UHGV virus genome: UHGV-0174779
DNA: 64,000 bases
Reading direction: 5' to 3' (one strand)
Source of the DNA: a virus
The notes beneath the pieces were generated by a model. That model did not search any database and had not been told where the DNA came from. It was given only the letters and a program-made list of their open reading frames with translations. The position numbers and the translations under genes were made by a program. Shown here piece after piece: positions 9,954-18,458 of this stretch (within the stretch, counting starts at the first letter, position 1; the number at the start of each line of letters is the position of its first letter).

Positions 9954-10427
9954 TTAACTCTCGTCCGCTTCCTCCCCCTTTTCAGCGTCCTCAGAGTTGT
10001 CTTCTTCTGGAGGCATAACGTCGATACCAAGTGCTCCAGTCAAGAAGTCCTTGATTTGTGCATTCAGTGAATCTTCGTTGATTACATTCTCTTCCTCAAT
10101 CTTAACTTCAACAGAGGCCGCCTTAGGATATACCAGATCTGCAACTTTTGATGCAGCCTTGAATCTAAGATCAGGTGGAATATTGGGATCTTCGTAAATT
10201 TGAATTAACACTTCATCAGGAGACAAATGACTTGCAGCAACACGGTCCAACATTAATTGTGTCAGCTTACCTCTACTACCTTTGGGTCGTCCGAATTTAT
10301 TTCCCTTTTGAAACTTCCCATTGCTTGGGTTCATACCACGGCCTTCAAGTTCTTCCGTTACTCCGGGTAATCTTCCTGTAATCTCAGCTACCTGTGCAGG
10401 CGTGAGTTCTCCGTTTTCTCCAAACAT
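9954..10427 (-). CDS. Terminase small subunit (putative)
   Basis: 157 aa immediately upstream of large subunit; N-terminal basic motif KFGRPKGSRGKLT, acidic C-terminus; AAGGAG RBS. Confidence 0.5.
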   Translation of the reverse strand: MFGENGELTPAQVAEITGRLPGVTEELEGRGMNPSNGKFQKGNKFGRPKGSRGKLTQLMLDRVAASHLSPDEVLIQIYEDPNIPPDLRFKAASKVADLVYPKAASVEVKIEEENVINEDSLNAQIKDFLTGALGIDVMPPEEDNSEDAEKGEEADES

Positions 10428-10453
10428 TTTATACTCCTTCTACATTATCAACA

Positions 10454-10480
10454 ACACAAAAAGCCTCCCAACGGAGGCAA
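10454..10480 (-). terminator. Terminator-like hairpin upstream of terminase genes (minus strand)
   Basis: Minus strand GCCTCC-GUUG-GGAGGC followed by UUUUUGUGUU. Confidence 0.4.
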
Positions 10481-10483
10481 ACA

Positions 10484-10885
10484 TTACTTACAATCACCAA
10501 CGGACAGATTAAACATCTTACCTAGAGCAATCGTCTCACCTTCCCACGGAAGTTCTGCACCCTTTCCTTCCTCTAAAAGAATAGAGCCGTCGACCAAAAA
10601 TTTTTCGTAGTCTCGCAGTGCGTCGTCTACTAATTCACTCTTGTGAATCCACGTAATTGTTTCTGTACCATCTTCTTCGATGCGAACATCACGATGCCAT
10701 TCATCTTTGGAGGTAATGTAATCATGGAGCATTTCATATTCAGCTTCTTCAATCATCTCAATCATTGCACGAGCATAGTCAGGGAGGTGATCATATTTAG
10801 TAGATTCGTATTCAACTACTTCCAGAGTAGATGGTTGTGTTTTAGTTTTAGAATCAGGGCGAGTAGTGTGGATTAAATCTAACAT
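10484..10885 (-). CDS. Hypothetical protein
   Basis: 133 aa ORF in the leading part of the late operon. Confidence 0.4.
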   Translation of the reverse strand: MLDLIHTTRPDSKTKTQPSTLEVVEYESTKYDHLPDYARAMIEMIEEAEYEMLHDYITSKDEWHRDVRIEEDGTETITWIHKSELVDDALRDYEKFLVDGSILLEEGKGAELPWEGETIALGKMFNLSVGDCK

Positions 10886-10888
10886 AAA

Positions 10889-11116
10889 TTAATATTCCTT
10901 ATAAGTGTGTGGTTTGATAGTGGTGAACGCTCGGAAAAATAACCATCCTAGGCTACTAACTTCCATCGTTGCATCAAATTCTTCATCGTCATCTAAGTCA
11001 ACCAGACGACCAATGCATTCTAATTCTTCAGGGGATATCTTAACAAAGGCACAAGTCTCTGTTCTGAACCGTGGAATCACCTCTGATAAAAAGTCTAATA
11101 TTAAATTCATGATCAA
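10889..11116 (-). CDS. Hypothetical protein
   Basis: 75 aa ORF, start overlaps stop of upstream gene (ATGA). Confidence 0.35.
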   Translation of the reverse strand: MIMNLILDFLSEVIPRFRTETCAFVKISPEELECIGRLVDLDDDEEFDATMEVSSLGWLFFRAFTTIKPHTYKEY

Positions 11117-11469
11117 TCTCCATAATCTAATTTAACCAACCGTCCGCCTAGGTATCCATAATTTTCTGGCTTAAGGTCTGACAGGTAAAATTCTTTAGGA
11201 AGGGAGCCTTTCAAGGTGTGAAGCTCTGCCATCCACAATCCTCTGTGCTTAACCACCTTACACCTCTTCATTATTACTAAGAAACCAAACTTATCAGAGA
11301 AGACTACAGGACAAAGGTTGGGGTCTTTCATCTCAGAGAAATGTCTCTCTTGTAGGTTAGCAAGAATCCCTTTTAAGAAAAGCTTCCAAGATTTAAAAGT
11401 AGGAATCTTGATAGCATAACCTCTGAACAATATAACTGACCTAGTACAACCTCTTAAATCCAATCTCAT
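11113..11469 (-). CDS. Small protein with protein-kinase-like catalytic motifs
   Basis: 118 aa; GYAIKIP (VAIK-like), LQERHF, FLVIMKRC (hinge-like), DLKPEN (catalytic loop), KLDYG (DFG-like) in kinase-like order and spacing. Confidence 0.4.
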   Translation of the reverse strand: MRLDLRGCTRSVILFRGYAIKIPTFKSWKLFLKGILANLQERHFSEMKDPNLCPVVFSDKFGFLVIMKRCKVVKHRGLWMAELHTLKGSLPKEFYLSDLKPENYGYLGGRLVKLDYGD

Positions 11470-11576
11470 AATTCATCTCCCTTCTTTATTCCTAATAAGT
11501 CAGCGGCTATGTAACCAAACACAACAACAATAGGAACAGTGACAAAAAGAATTAAACCCAACAGTAACCATCCCAT
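11466..11576 (-). CDS. Small membrane protein (36 aa)
   Basis: MGWLLLGLILFVTVPIVVVFGYIAADLLGIKKGDEL, GAGGA RBS, stop overlaps next start; below ORF-track size cut-off. Confidence 0.3.
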   Translation of the reverse strand: MGWLLLGLILFVTVPIVVVFGYIAADLLGIKKGDEL

Positions 11577-11624
11577 ACTTTTGTCCTCTGAGTAAAAAAA
11601 AATATAAAGGGCACATCATAAGAC

Positions 11625-12413
11625 CTACCCGTAAAGGCCACCTCACATTAACACCCGTGAGTATACCTGTATTCCTTTTCGTAGTCTTCTTCAGAGAAGC
11701 TACCATATTCATCTTCAGTCATACATCCCTCTGATAAAAGTTAAAACATAAAGGGGACGTCATGTTAAGGCACTATCACATTAAGGCCATGTCACGTTAA
11801 GGCTACTTCATGTGCAGTATCCAATCCCGTAATTAAACCCTCCATAGTTATATATAAGAGTTTAAAATCCTGATTTGACCGAGTGGGGCTAGCCGCTTCC
11901 CGCGCGTTTCCTAAAAAGGGGGAGTCCTCATTTAAAAAAGGGTTATTGGCAATGCCTTTACACCTCCTTCCACGTTCCAACCTTTCCCCGTGCCTACTCC
12001 CCGTTATTCTTTCCCCGTGTATACTACCCAATACATTACCTACCCGTTTATTTAGTTCCCCTTTAAAGAGTGGATGAGAGGCTAGTCTTCCACTGTACCA
12101 ATAGATTGAGGCGATATAATGCCCATGAGTAATAGTCACAAGCCCCCATAGTTTGAATGTAAATGATTCTAAATGTAATGATTATGAGTGCAATAATGAT
12201 GTATGTATTAATTAAGTGGATGATTGTATTTCTTTTAATAATTTCTTTTATTCCTTTCTTTTTTCAGCGTTCTGTTGGTCTTTTTCTTTTATGAGTTGAT
12301 GATTATTTAAGTGGTATATTACTACCGCACTATCTAGCTACCTTTCCCCGTGGTCTGTCCTGCGGTTGTATGTCCCCGTCCTATATAGATAGTAGAAATA
12401 GTTTACCCGTGGG
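11625..12413 (+). repeat. Cluster of eight same-strand CCCGT(G) repeats
   Basis: tacccgt/acccgtg/tttccccgtg at about 11627, 11653, 11985, 11999, 12013, 12042, 12345, 12374 and 12405, all on the plus strand in the divergent control region. Confidence 0.5.
11758..11805 (+). repeat. Three tandem 16-bp direct repeats (TCAYRTTAAGGC-N4)
   Basis: tcatGTTAAGGcacta / tcacaTTAAGGccatg / tcacGTTAAGGctact, perfect 16-nt periodicity. Confidence 0.5.
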
Positions 12414-12640
12414 CTTGCTTTCCTTATCAGGTAGTGGTAAATTGAATCTATCGATTGAGTGGTTGGAGTAGTAGAGATGATAATCTTAGTAATGATGGTA
12501 ATAGCTGTAGTGCTTCCTTTACTTGCTCTGATTGTTAGTGAAGTGGTTGAGTTGTTCACTGACAAAAGATTAGAAGTAGTTGATAAACCAAGCAAGTTTG
12601 ATGGTGCTCAGTTTAGTAGTAAGAAAGTTGAAATTAATTG

Positions 12641-12669
12641 TTGACATGTTAGGTAGTAAGAAATATATT
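12641..12669 (+). promoter_or_regulatory. Sigma70-type promoter (TTGACA-N17-TATATT)
   Basis: Consensus -35 at 12641-12646 and -10 at 12664-12669, about 40 nt upstream of gene 12711. Confidence 0.5.
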
Positions 12670-12710
12670 TATCTCATTGAAACGAAGCATACCAACTAAA
12701 GGAATCAATC

Positions 12711-13190
12711 ATGAATAAGGCAAACTTTGTAATCGGTGCTCTGGTATTAACCTTCGGTAGCATGGCTATCGCTGACAAGATTGCTAGTGCTCCAGTTGCT
12801 CAAGCTGCTGTAGTCATGAGTGATGCTGCTGACACCTTCGTTAGCAACGCCCCTAAAGGTTGGCTGGTTTGTAAAGGATTGGATTCAGATAATGTCACTA
12901 CGTTGATGAAAGTTAAATTATCTAACGTAACCAATCGTGGCATGGTATTGTCTACTCGTACACTTGACAACCAGAATAATGAGGATATTCTGCTTTCCCG
13001 TAAAGACAATGACCCAGAGTTGATTACTTTTGGCGATGTGCAGACTATTAAAGGTTCTAAAGTTGTGACTAATCTGGTAACATATGGCACAATGCAAGAA
13101 ACCATGTTAGCCACCTCTGTCTACAGTGGGGAAGATAACAGTATTTGGACTTTCCGCTTTCAGATGGGTGATTGTGTTAAAGCAAAATAA
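12711..13190 (+). CDS. Secreted early protein (signal peptide)
   Basis: 159 aa; N-terminal MNKANFVIGALVLTFGSMAIA signal-like segment; AAGGAA RBS. Confidence 0.6.
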   Translation: MNKANFVIGALVLTFGSMAIADKIASAPVAQAAVVMSDAADTFVSNAPKGWLVCKGLDSDNVTTLMKVKLSNVTNRGMVLSTRTLDNQNNEDILLSRKDNDPELITFGDVQTIKGSKVVTNLVTYGTMQETMLATSVYSGEDNSIWTFRFQMGDCVKAK

Positions 13191-13193
13191 TAG

Positions 13194-13222
13194 TTGACAC
13201 GGTTATAGATTGGCAGTATTGT
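13194..13222 (+). promoter_or_regulatory. Sigma70-type promoter (TTGACA-N17-TATTGT)
   Basis: Same architecture and shared leader (ctaaaggaatcaa) as the promoter at 12641. Confidence 0.5.
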
Positions 13223-13257
13223 TACCTCATTAAGACAACACTAAAGGAATCAAGACA

Positions 13258-13587
13258 ATGAAAACTCTGATTGCATCTGCTCTTTTATCTGTAGCTGTTC
13301 TCTCAACTGTAGGATGCTCTTCTTCTCCGCGTCCCAATGGTTGGTGTGCTCTGGAAGTTGAGGGCACTTGTGTGATGCGTTGGAAAGATGGTGTTAAGGT
13401 TCCTGCTGGTGAGATTGATATGAAGTACGAAGGTGCTAGTTGCTCTAATGGTGGATCTGTTGATGAGAAGGCCTATCGTGAGCGTGATATGAAAACACAA
13501 GCTGATTGGAAGAAGTCAGACTTTATTTCCCGAGCAACTCATTGCGGTGGCAACACTTCCACTAAGGGTAAAGAATGGGACATTTAA
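13258..13587 (+). CDS. Lipoprotein (paralog of 21232-21528)
   Basis: 109 aa; lipobox LSTVGC; RPNGWCALEVEGTCVMRWKDGVKVPAGEIDM shared almost residue-for-residue with the ORF at 21232. Confidence 0.65.
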   Translation: MKTLIASALLSVAVLSTVGCSSSPRPNGWCALEVEGTCVMRWKDGVKVPAGEIDMKYEGASCSNGGSVDEKAYRERDMKTQADWKKSDFISRATHCGGNTSTKGKEWDI

Positions 13588-13684
13588 AAAGAAGGGTTTG
13601 TAATACCAGTTCTACTTTGTTATCTTTGATTTTCACGGTGATTGCTACTGCAATTGCTTACTATTTCTTAATTGTTTTGGGAGT

Positions 13685-13957
13685 GTGATACCAATGGGTA
13701 ATGAAACTATTGCGCTGATTGATACGCATAATTACGGTGGCGTTACGCTCTCCTTTGATGAGTCAATCGACTATGCTTATTTGTCTTTTCTTACGAAAGG
13801 TGAGATAAAAACCATTAGCTTTCCTGCGGTCTATTTAGTGCAAGATTATCTCACTATTGGGAAGTATTTAGCTCAACGTGGGATTCTTCTATCGCTGGAA
13901 GAAGTGGAACAGATCAGTATAGCATTTTTTGTCGAGGGTAGTAATGAAGAAGAGTGA
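13685..13957 (+). CDS. Hypothetical protein
   Basis: 90 aa ORF, GTG or ATG (13694) start. Confidence 0.45.
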   Translation: MIPMGNETIALIDTHNYGGVTLSFDESIDYAYLSFLTKGEIKTISFPAVYLVQDYLTIGKYLAQRGILLSLEEVEQISIAFFVEGSNEEE

Positions 13958-14051
13958 TTATTTTTGGCGGTGCTTATTCGTTGTTACAGTGGCGTTATTT
14001 GTCTCTGATATGCTTTATTCTTACGTTTTATAACTATAGGTGACTATTATC

Positions 14052-14417
14052 ATGGGTGTTATCAAGTTTGTAGTGAAAGTGATTGTAGGCTTCTTTCTGG
14101 TTGTTCTTCTGTTAGGTGTCCTGCTGTCGTCTATTGGTAGTGTAAAGGCTGCAACGTTCACGCCTGATACTATCGAAGGCTTGCAATGCACCTATCTTAT
14201 AGAAGATTATGAAACTGGTAAAAAGTCACCTAAGGTTATTATTTTACATGTAGAAGATTTTGAGAGTGTCATAACCTACGACAAGTCTATCCACATGACT
14301 AACGAAACCACTGGTAAGCAAATTACGGTCGATCACTTGCTGCGCTCGTCGTTGACGCTCTTTGATGAATCTATGAACGAAATAAAATCCGGTAATGGTC
14401 AGTGTGTAAATCCATAG
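14052..14417 (+). CDS. Membrane protein (N-terminal transmembrane helix)
   Basis: ORF 14040..14417; ATG 14052 with AGGTGA 9 nt upstream; hydrophobic VIVGFFLVVLLLGVLLSSIG. Confidence 0.5.
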   Translation: MGVIKFVVKVIVGFFLVVLLLGVLLSSIGSVKAATFTPDTIEGLQCTYLIEDYETGKKSPKVIILHVEDFESVITYDKSIHMTNETTGKQITVDHLLRSSLTLFDESMNEIKSGNGQCVNP

Positions 14418-14493
14418 GCTTAATCTTTCTGCTGTATTGTGCCGTGGTCATGCCTATGGTCATAATTTATCTGATTCTCTAATCCTTCCTGTG

Positions 14494-14525
14494 AGCCTCC
14501 TAGTGAGGCTTTTCTCATTTCTAAG
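14494..14525 (+). terminator. Rho-independent terminator
   Basis: AGCCTC-ctagt-GAGGCT followed by TTTCTCATTT. Confidence 0.45.
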
Positions 14526-14776
14526 GCGATTGTATGCCTTACCCTCTTTTAGCTCGTTGTGATGCGTCTGAGAGCGTCAAATATTGCTTTACAAGCCTGT
14601 TCTAGTGTGTTATTCGCGTGCGCGTTCCTTTATATCTCTCCTCCCTGAAAATAATCAAAATAAAGGTTGCTTTCCTTCCTCACTTCCTCTATTATCTATT
14701 CATCGGTTAAGCAGTACCAAGTAGACAACCTGATAAGTCGTACGAAAAACAGGTAATCGATAAGAAATAAAAAAGA

Positions 14777-14805
14777 TTGACAAGATGCTCAAACGTAGTA
14801 AGATG
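14777..14805 (+). promoter_or_regulatory. Sigma70-type promoter (TTGACA-N16-TAAGAT) with A-rich upstream tract
   Basis: First of three tandem promoters in a 1.6 kb non-coding region. Confidence 0.5.
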
Positions 14806-14923
14806 GGTATCAGAAACAAAGCAAGGAAACTTGCAAATGCTCTTTAAAAACTTATCGTCCTGCCCTTTCGCAAAGATTCGCGCGAGATAAGGGAAAAGAA
14901 TAAAAAGAGGACGATAAAAAGAG

Positions 14924-14951
14924 TTGACAAGGTAATCTAATAAGTTATAAT
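14924..14951 (+). promoter_or_regulatory. Sigma70 consensus promoter (TTGACA-N16-TATAAT)
   Basis: Perfect -35 and -10 hexamers, preceded by aaaaagag A-tract. Confidence 0.6.
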
Positions 14952-15099
14952 GATTACCAGTTAGCAGATACACCGCTAACAAGTTCTTTAACAATATGAC
15001 CTGATTCACTAGCCGAGCCGCTTAGTAATCCTCAATCAAATATAGCTGATTGATATATCCTCCCAATAAAGGGAACGACGAAAAAGATTAAAAAGATGG

Positions 15100-15128
15100 T
15101 TGACAGGCGCTGAGAGATAGGTCATAAT
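15100..15128 (+). promoter_or_regulatory. Sigma70-type promoter (TTGACA-N17-CATAAT)
   Basis: Third tandem promoter, preceded by aaaaagatgg. Confidence 0.55.
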
Positions 15129-16051
15129 GAGCACATTAGCTAAGGGAAACATTCCGAAGCGAAGCGAGACAACGGCTAACAGTTGCATAGCGTGAGTAAA
15201 CATGCTGATAGATTTACCGCTCTTTAACAATTTAAACGTTCTTCTATATCGGTTGAACATGCTTGAAGATAATAACCATCGGAAAGTATGCCAGATAAAA
15301 CGGTGTAAGATTCTCTAAACTATCAGAGGAAACAATCTTGCAATCCCTTACTGGAAACGTCACCACTGACAAACGGATTCACTGAGTGCACGCAGAGACT
15401 TAAGCTAATCGCCCACGGTTAAGGGTAGCGGCGGTCATCGCTAACAAGGCGCTACAGTGAAAGAAGTTAATCAGGGTAGACAAGTCCGACGAATACAAGC
15501 TCAATTGCGAGCGGCGGGGAGCGGTTAAAAAGTGGCAAATTGCTATTTAACAATAAGGCTTAGTGTGAACGTTTACGATGTGAACGGCTTGAGATTCATC
15601 TTATGATGAAAGTACATAGTCGGTTTATGTAGTAAACTTGCCGAAAGATATAAAACGTCGGAACATTAGACGGTCAATGACTCTTTCGCAATAGTATCCC
15701 GTAGTGGGCGATGACTAGCGATTGAGAGTTGATACAAAAGGATAGGCGAGAGCGAAAACAAAGTAGACGATATTGCCGACGGTTACAATAAATGTAACTA
15801 ATTAGAGTCGGACGCACTGCCTTATTGTGATGATTGATCATCGCTATCAGGTCGGCTTAGTTTATAGCGACTAATTAAAGATACCAGATGAAACATCACG
15901 GATAAGGAGGCGGAAAGGTTAACTCCTGATAAGACCGCCTCACTTACCTGTAACTACTTAAAAAGTGAGTGGTTAGAGTTAAGTTAATAGTGACTTAAGC
16001 AAGCTCATAGAGAGCGGGGCATAGTGCCCTTACAATTGAAAGGTGAATATC

Positions 16052-16951
16052 ATGGCTAAAATCTTTACTCTGGTTAACGAATCTGGTTTTAACGCTCTGG
16101 CTAACAACATCCGCAGCAACAACGCAGCGATTAAGCAAGACGTATCTAACTTCCTGTTAGGGCACTTACAGCACTTCCGCAGCAACGGTAAGAAACTGGA
16201 CGTATTACAAGCGGCGGTTGATTTCCTGTTAACTGAACGCTTCCGCGATATGGATGTTATTGCTACCGCAATCACTTTCTTAACCCCTATCAAGTTTAAC
16301 ACCGATGCGGCAAATGGTCGTAAAAAGTGGATTAATCTGGAAGGTGAAGCGAAAGCTAAAGAAGATGCGAAAGAAGCGCAGATTAAAACCAAAATGGAGC
16401 AAAACCGCGCTCGCTGGTCAAACGCTTTCGAAAACTTTGCTTTAGGTCGTGCAATTGAAGTTGATAATCCTAACTTCTACAAAGGCTGTAACGACAACGT
16501 GGCGGCACACCTGCAAATCCCGGCGAAAAACAAGGAAGATTTTAACCAAGATATTTACGCTTTGGTTGAACGCTTGAACGCAATCCGCATTGAAGCCAAG
16601 TTGCTGGCTGATGAACGCAACGGCGCAACTAGTGATAACACTATTGCCTTAAGTGAAGAAGTTGGGAAGGTTAAGAAGTCTTTCGACTCACTCATCAAGA
16701 AAGTAACGGCCTCAACTGTAGCGATCTCTGATGACTATCTGATGAACGCATCAAGCAAGGAACTGGAATCACTTGATTCATATGCTGATGAAATGGAAAA
16801 GGCTGTTGCAGCTATGCAGGAGAAGTTAGAAAGTCTGCGCGGTCGTATCTCTTCAACGGTTGCTACCCGTACCGAACAAGCTGCGAAAGAAGAAGAGGAA
16901 GAAGTATTGCGTAAAGCGGCTGAAATTATGGCAGCACGTCAGGCAGCATAA
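16052..16951 (+). CDS. Early protein of unknown function
   Basis: ORF 16043..16951; ATG 16052 with AAAGGTGA RBS; 299 aa, helical, C-terminal EEEEE run; first long ORF after the promoter cluster. Confidence 0.6.
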   Translation: MAKIFTLVNESGFNALANNIRSNNAAIKQDVSNFLLGHLQHFRSNGKKLDVLQAAVDFLLTERFRDMDVIATAITFLTPIKFNTDAANGRKKWINLEGEAKAKEDAKEAQIKTKMEQNRARWSNAFENFALGRAIEVDNPNFYKGCNDNVAAHLQIPAKNKEDFNQDIYALVERLNAIRIEAKLLADERNGATSDNTIALSEEVGKVKKSFDSLIKKVTASTVAISDDYLMNASSKELESLDSYADEMEKAVAAMQEKLESLRGRISSTVATRTEQAAKEEEEEVLRKAAEIMAARQAA

Positions 16952-16973
16952 GTAAGACAATTTGAATAAACAT

Positions 16974-17010
16974 GAGGCGCTATCTTAACGGGTAGCGCCT
17001 TTTCTTTTAT
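16974..17010 (+). terminator. Rho-independent terminator
   Basis: AGGCGCTA-N10-TAGCGCCT followed by TTTCTTTTAT. Confidence 0.55.
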
Positions 17011-17062
17011 CAGTGCATTGATTCAGTGTGCTAATAAAAGAATCTAATCAAAGGTGACGATT

Positions 17063-17281
17063 ATGTTAACTACGCATACCACGATCTACAGAAACCTTCG
17101 CAACGGTCAGCATTACCGCCTATCTAAAAAGTATGGCGTTGAATGTAAATGTATACTTACTGGTGAATGGTATCCGTCTCCAATGAAGATTGAGACGTTA
17201 GAACATGAAGCGATTAGTTATACCATCACGCAAGAAACAACGTTAGGCCGTGTGCTACGTAAGTTAGGATTGAGAAAATGA
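17063..17281 (+). CDS. Hypothetical protein
   Basis: ORF 17054..17281, ATG 17063 after AAAGGTGA. Confidence 0.45.
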   Translation: MLTTHTTIYRNLRNGQHYRLSKKYGVECKCILTGEWYPSPMKIETLEHEAISYTITQETTLGRVLRKLGLRK

Positions 17282-17502
17282 TCATTAGTGAAGGCTTTGG
17301 TAAATGTCCTATTTGTAAGAAACATCGCAGCACCGGAAACCATCGCAAATGTAGTAGGATTCTCCAGAAACGCCATAACCATGAAGAAGCAAAGAAGGTT
17401 TACGAAAACCAACGCTTAGAAGAGGTTAGAGCAATGGCAATTAAAGCATCATACAAACACTCCCACCGCATTGAATATATGAAAAGGTATCAAGCATCAT
17501 GA
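17278..17502 (+). CDS. Hypothetical small basic protein (CPICKK motif)
   Basis: 74 aa, start overlaps upstream stop (ATGA). Confidence 0.45.
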   Translation: MIISEGFGKCPICKKHRSTGNHRKCSRILQKRHNHEEAKKVYENQRLEEVRAMAIKASYKHSHRIEYMKRYQAS

Positions 17503-17705
17503 TTAACATTAAACCTCTTAGCAAGACCCCTATCGCCCTTCTTGGCCGTCGTGTTTCATACCGATACTTAAATAAAGGTAAGGCAATGACAGGAGTAGTT
17601 GCAACGATTAGTACACAAGGAAAGAAATTTCTCAACATGTCCGTTAAGATGGATGATGGTACAGTTTTAACACGTAGTTGGAAGTCGTTCGGTTTACTCA
17701 ATTAA
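17499..17705 (+). CDS. Hypothetical protein
   Basis: 68 aa, translationally coupled. Confidence 0.45.
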   Translation: MINIKPLSKTPIALLGRRVSYRYLNKGKAMTGVVATISTQGKKFLNMSVKMDDGTVLTRSWKSFGLLN

Positions 17706-17774
17706 GTTGTTTGTTCAAGCCTATCGCCTTGATGGGCTTGCCCGATATAACTTATCACTGAAAGGAATAAGATT

Positions 17775-18218
17775 GTGGCTAAATCAAAAATCAGCATGAA
17801 GGGCGGTCGTTGTTTTGCTATCTCTGAATTAGAGAAAGAGAAACCAAAGGCAACCAATCACGTCAGTAAGCGTAGTTTAAAACGTCGTGCTGCAAAGGCT
17901 GAGGCTGAATCCCATACTCCTTCCAGTGTGGCAAAACGTGTAGGCCATCGTGTTCATCGTGCTGATGCGTTATTGTTAGCCGATCATAAACGTTCTTTAT
18001 TACAGAGCGGGGGAGCTAAAACAGAAGAGGAGAAGAAGTTAGAAATCTTCTGTAATGGTCGCACCCGTGGTAAGCAGAAGTTTAAGGGTAGCACGAAAGA
18101 CCCTCAAGCATTCCCTAAGACAAGCCAGTGCGCACCTGATGTTTTCTACGCAGATAGTAAACACAAGTGGGGAGTTGAAAAATACATTGACCCCATCAAA
18201 GAGGCAAGGGTTAAATAG
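17775..18218 (+). CDS. Hypothetical basic protein
   Basis: 147 aa, Lys/Arg-rich, GTG start with AAGGA upstream. Confidence 0.5.
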   Translation: MAKSKISMKGGRCFAISELEKEKPKATNHVSKRSLKRRAAKAEAESHTPSSVAKRVGHRVHRADALLLADHKRSLLQSGGAKTEEEKKLEIFCNGRTRGKQKFKGSTKDPQAFPKTSQCAPDVFYADSKHKWGVEKYIDPIKEARVK

Positions 18219-18298
18219 TAGGACTATAGCCCCCTCTTTTAGTACTATGACGCTCTCTCTGTCGCGTAGTGCCCTCTCCCCATTTGAAGCTTCCGCAT

Positions 18299-18322
18299 AG
18301 CCGCCTTTGAGCGGCTTTTTGC
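18299..18322 (+). terminator. Rho-independent terminator
   Basis: AGCCGC-ctttga-GCGGCT followed by TTTTTG. Confidence 0.5.
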
Positions 18323-18383
18323 GTTGCTGTAAGTGCATTTGCGAGTGTATTTATAGCAACGGTCATGTGTTGCTTTCAGGTTT

Positions 18384-18410
18384 GCCCCGGCTACGGCTGG
18401 GGCTTTTTTG
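18384..18410 (+). terminator. Rho-independent terminator
   Basis: GCCCCGGC-tacg-GCTGGGGC followed by TTTTTTG. Confidence 0.55.
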
Positions 18411-18458
18411 TACCCGTAGAATAGGAGGTAGCAAGTTCTGATAACAACGGCCCAGCTA

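Noticed and set aside
11500-12644. ORFs in the divergent control region (11500-11712, 11792-12139, 11883-12077, 12338-12595, 12459-12644)
   Set aside because: No RBS, overlap the repeat arrays and AT-rich block, and translations are repeat-driven; the region is better explained as regulatory DNA.
14707-15260. Minus-strand ORFs 14707-15009 and 15036-15260
   Set aside because: Antisense to three consensus rightward promoters, no RBS, Leu/Phe-rich AT-driven translations.
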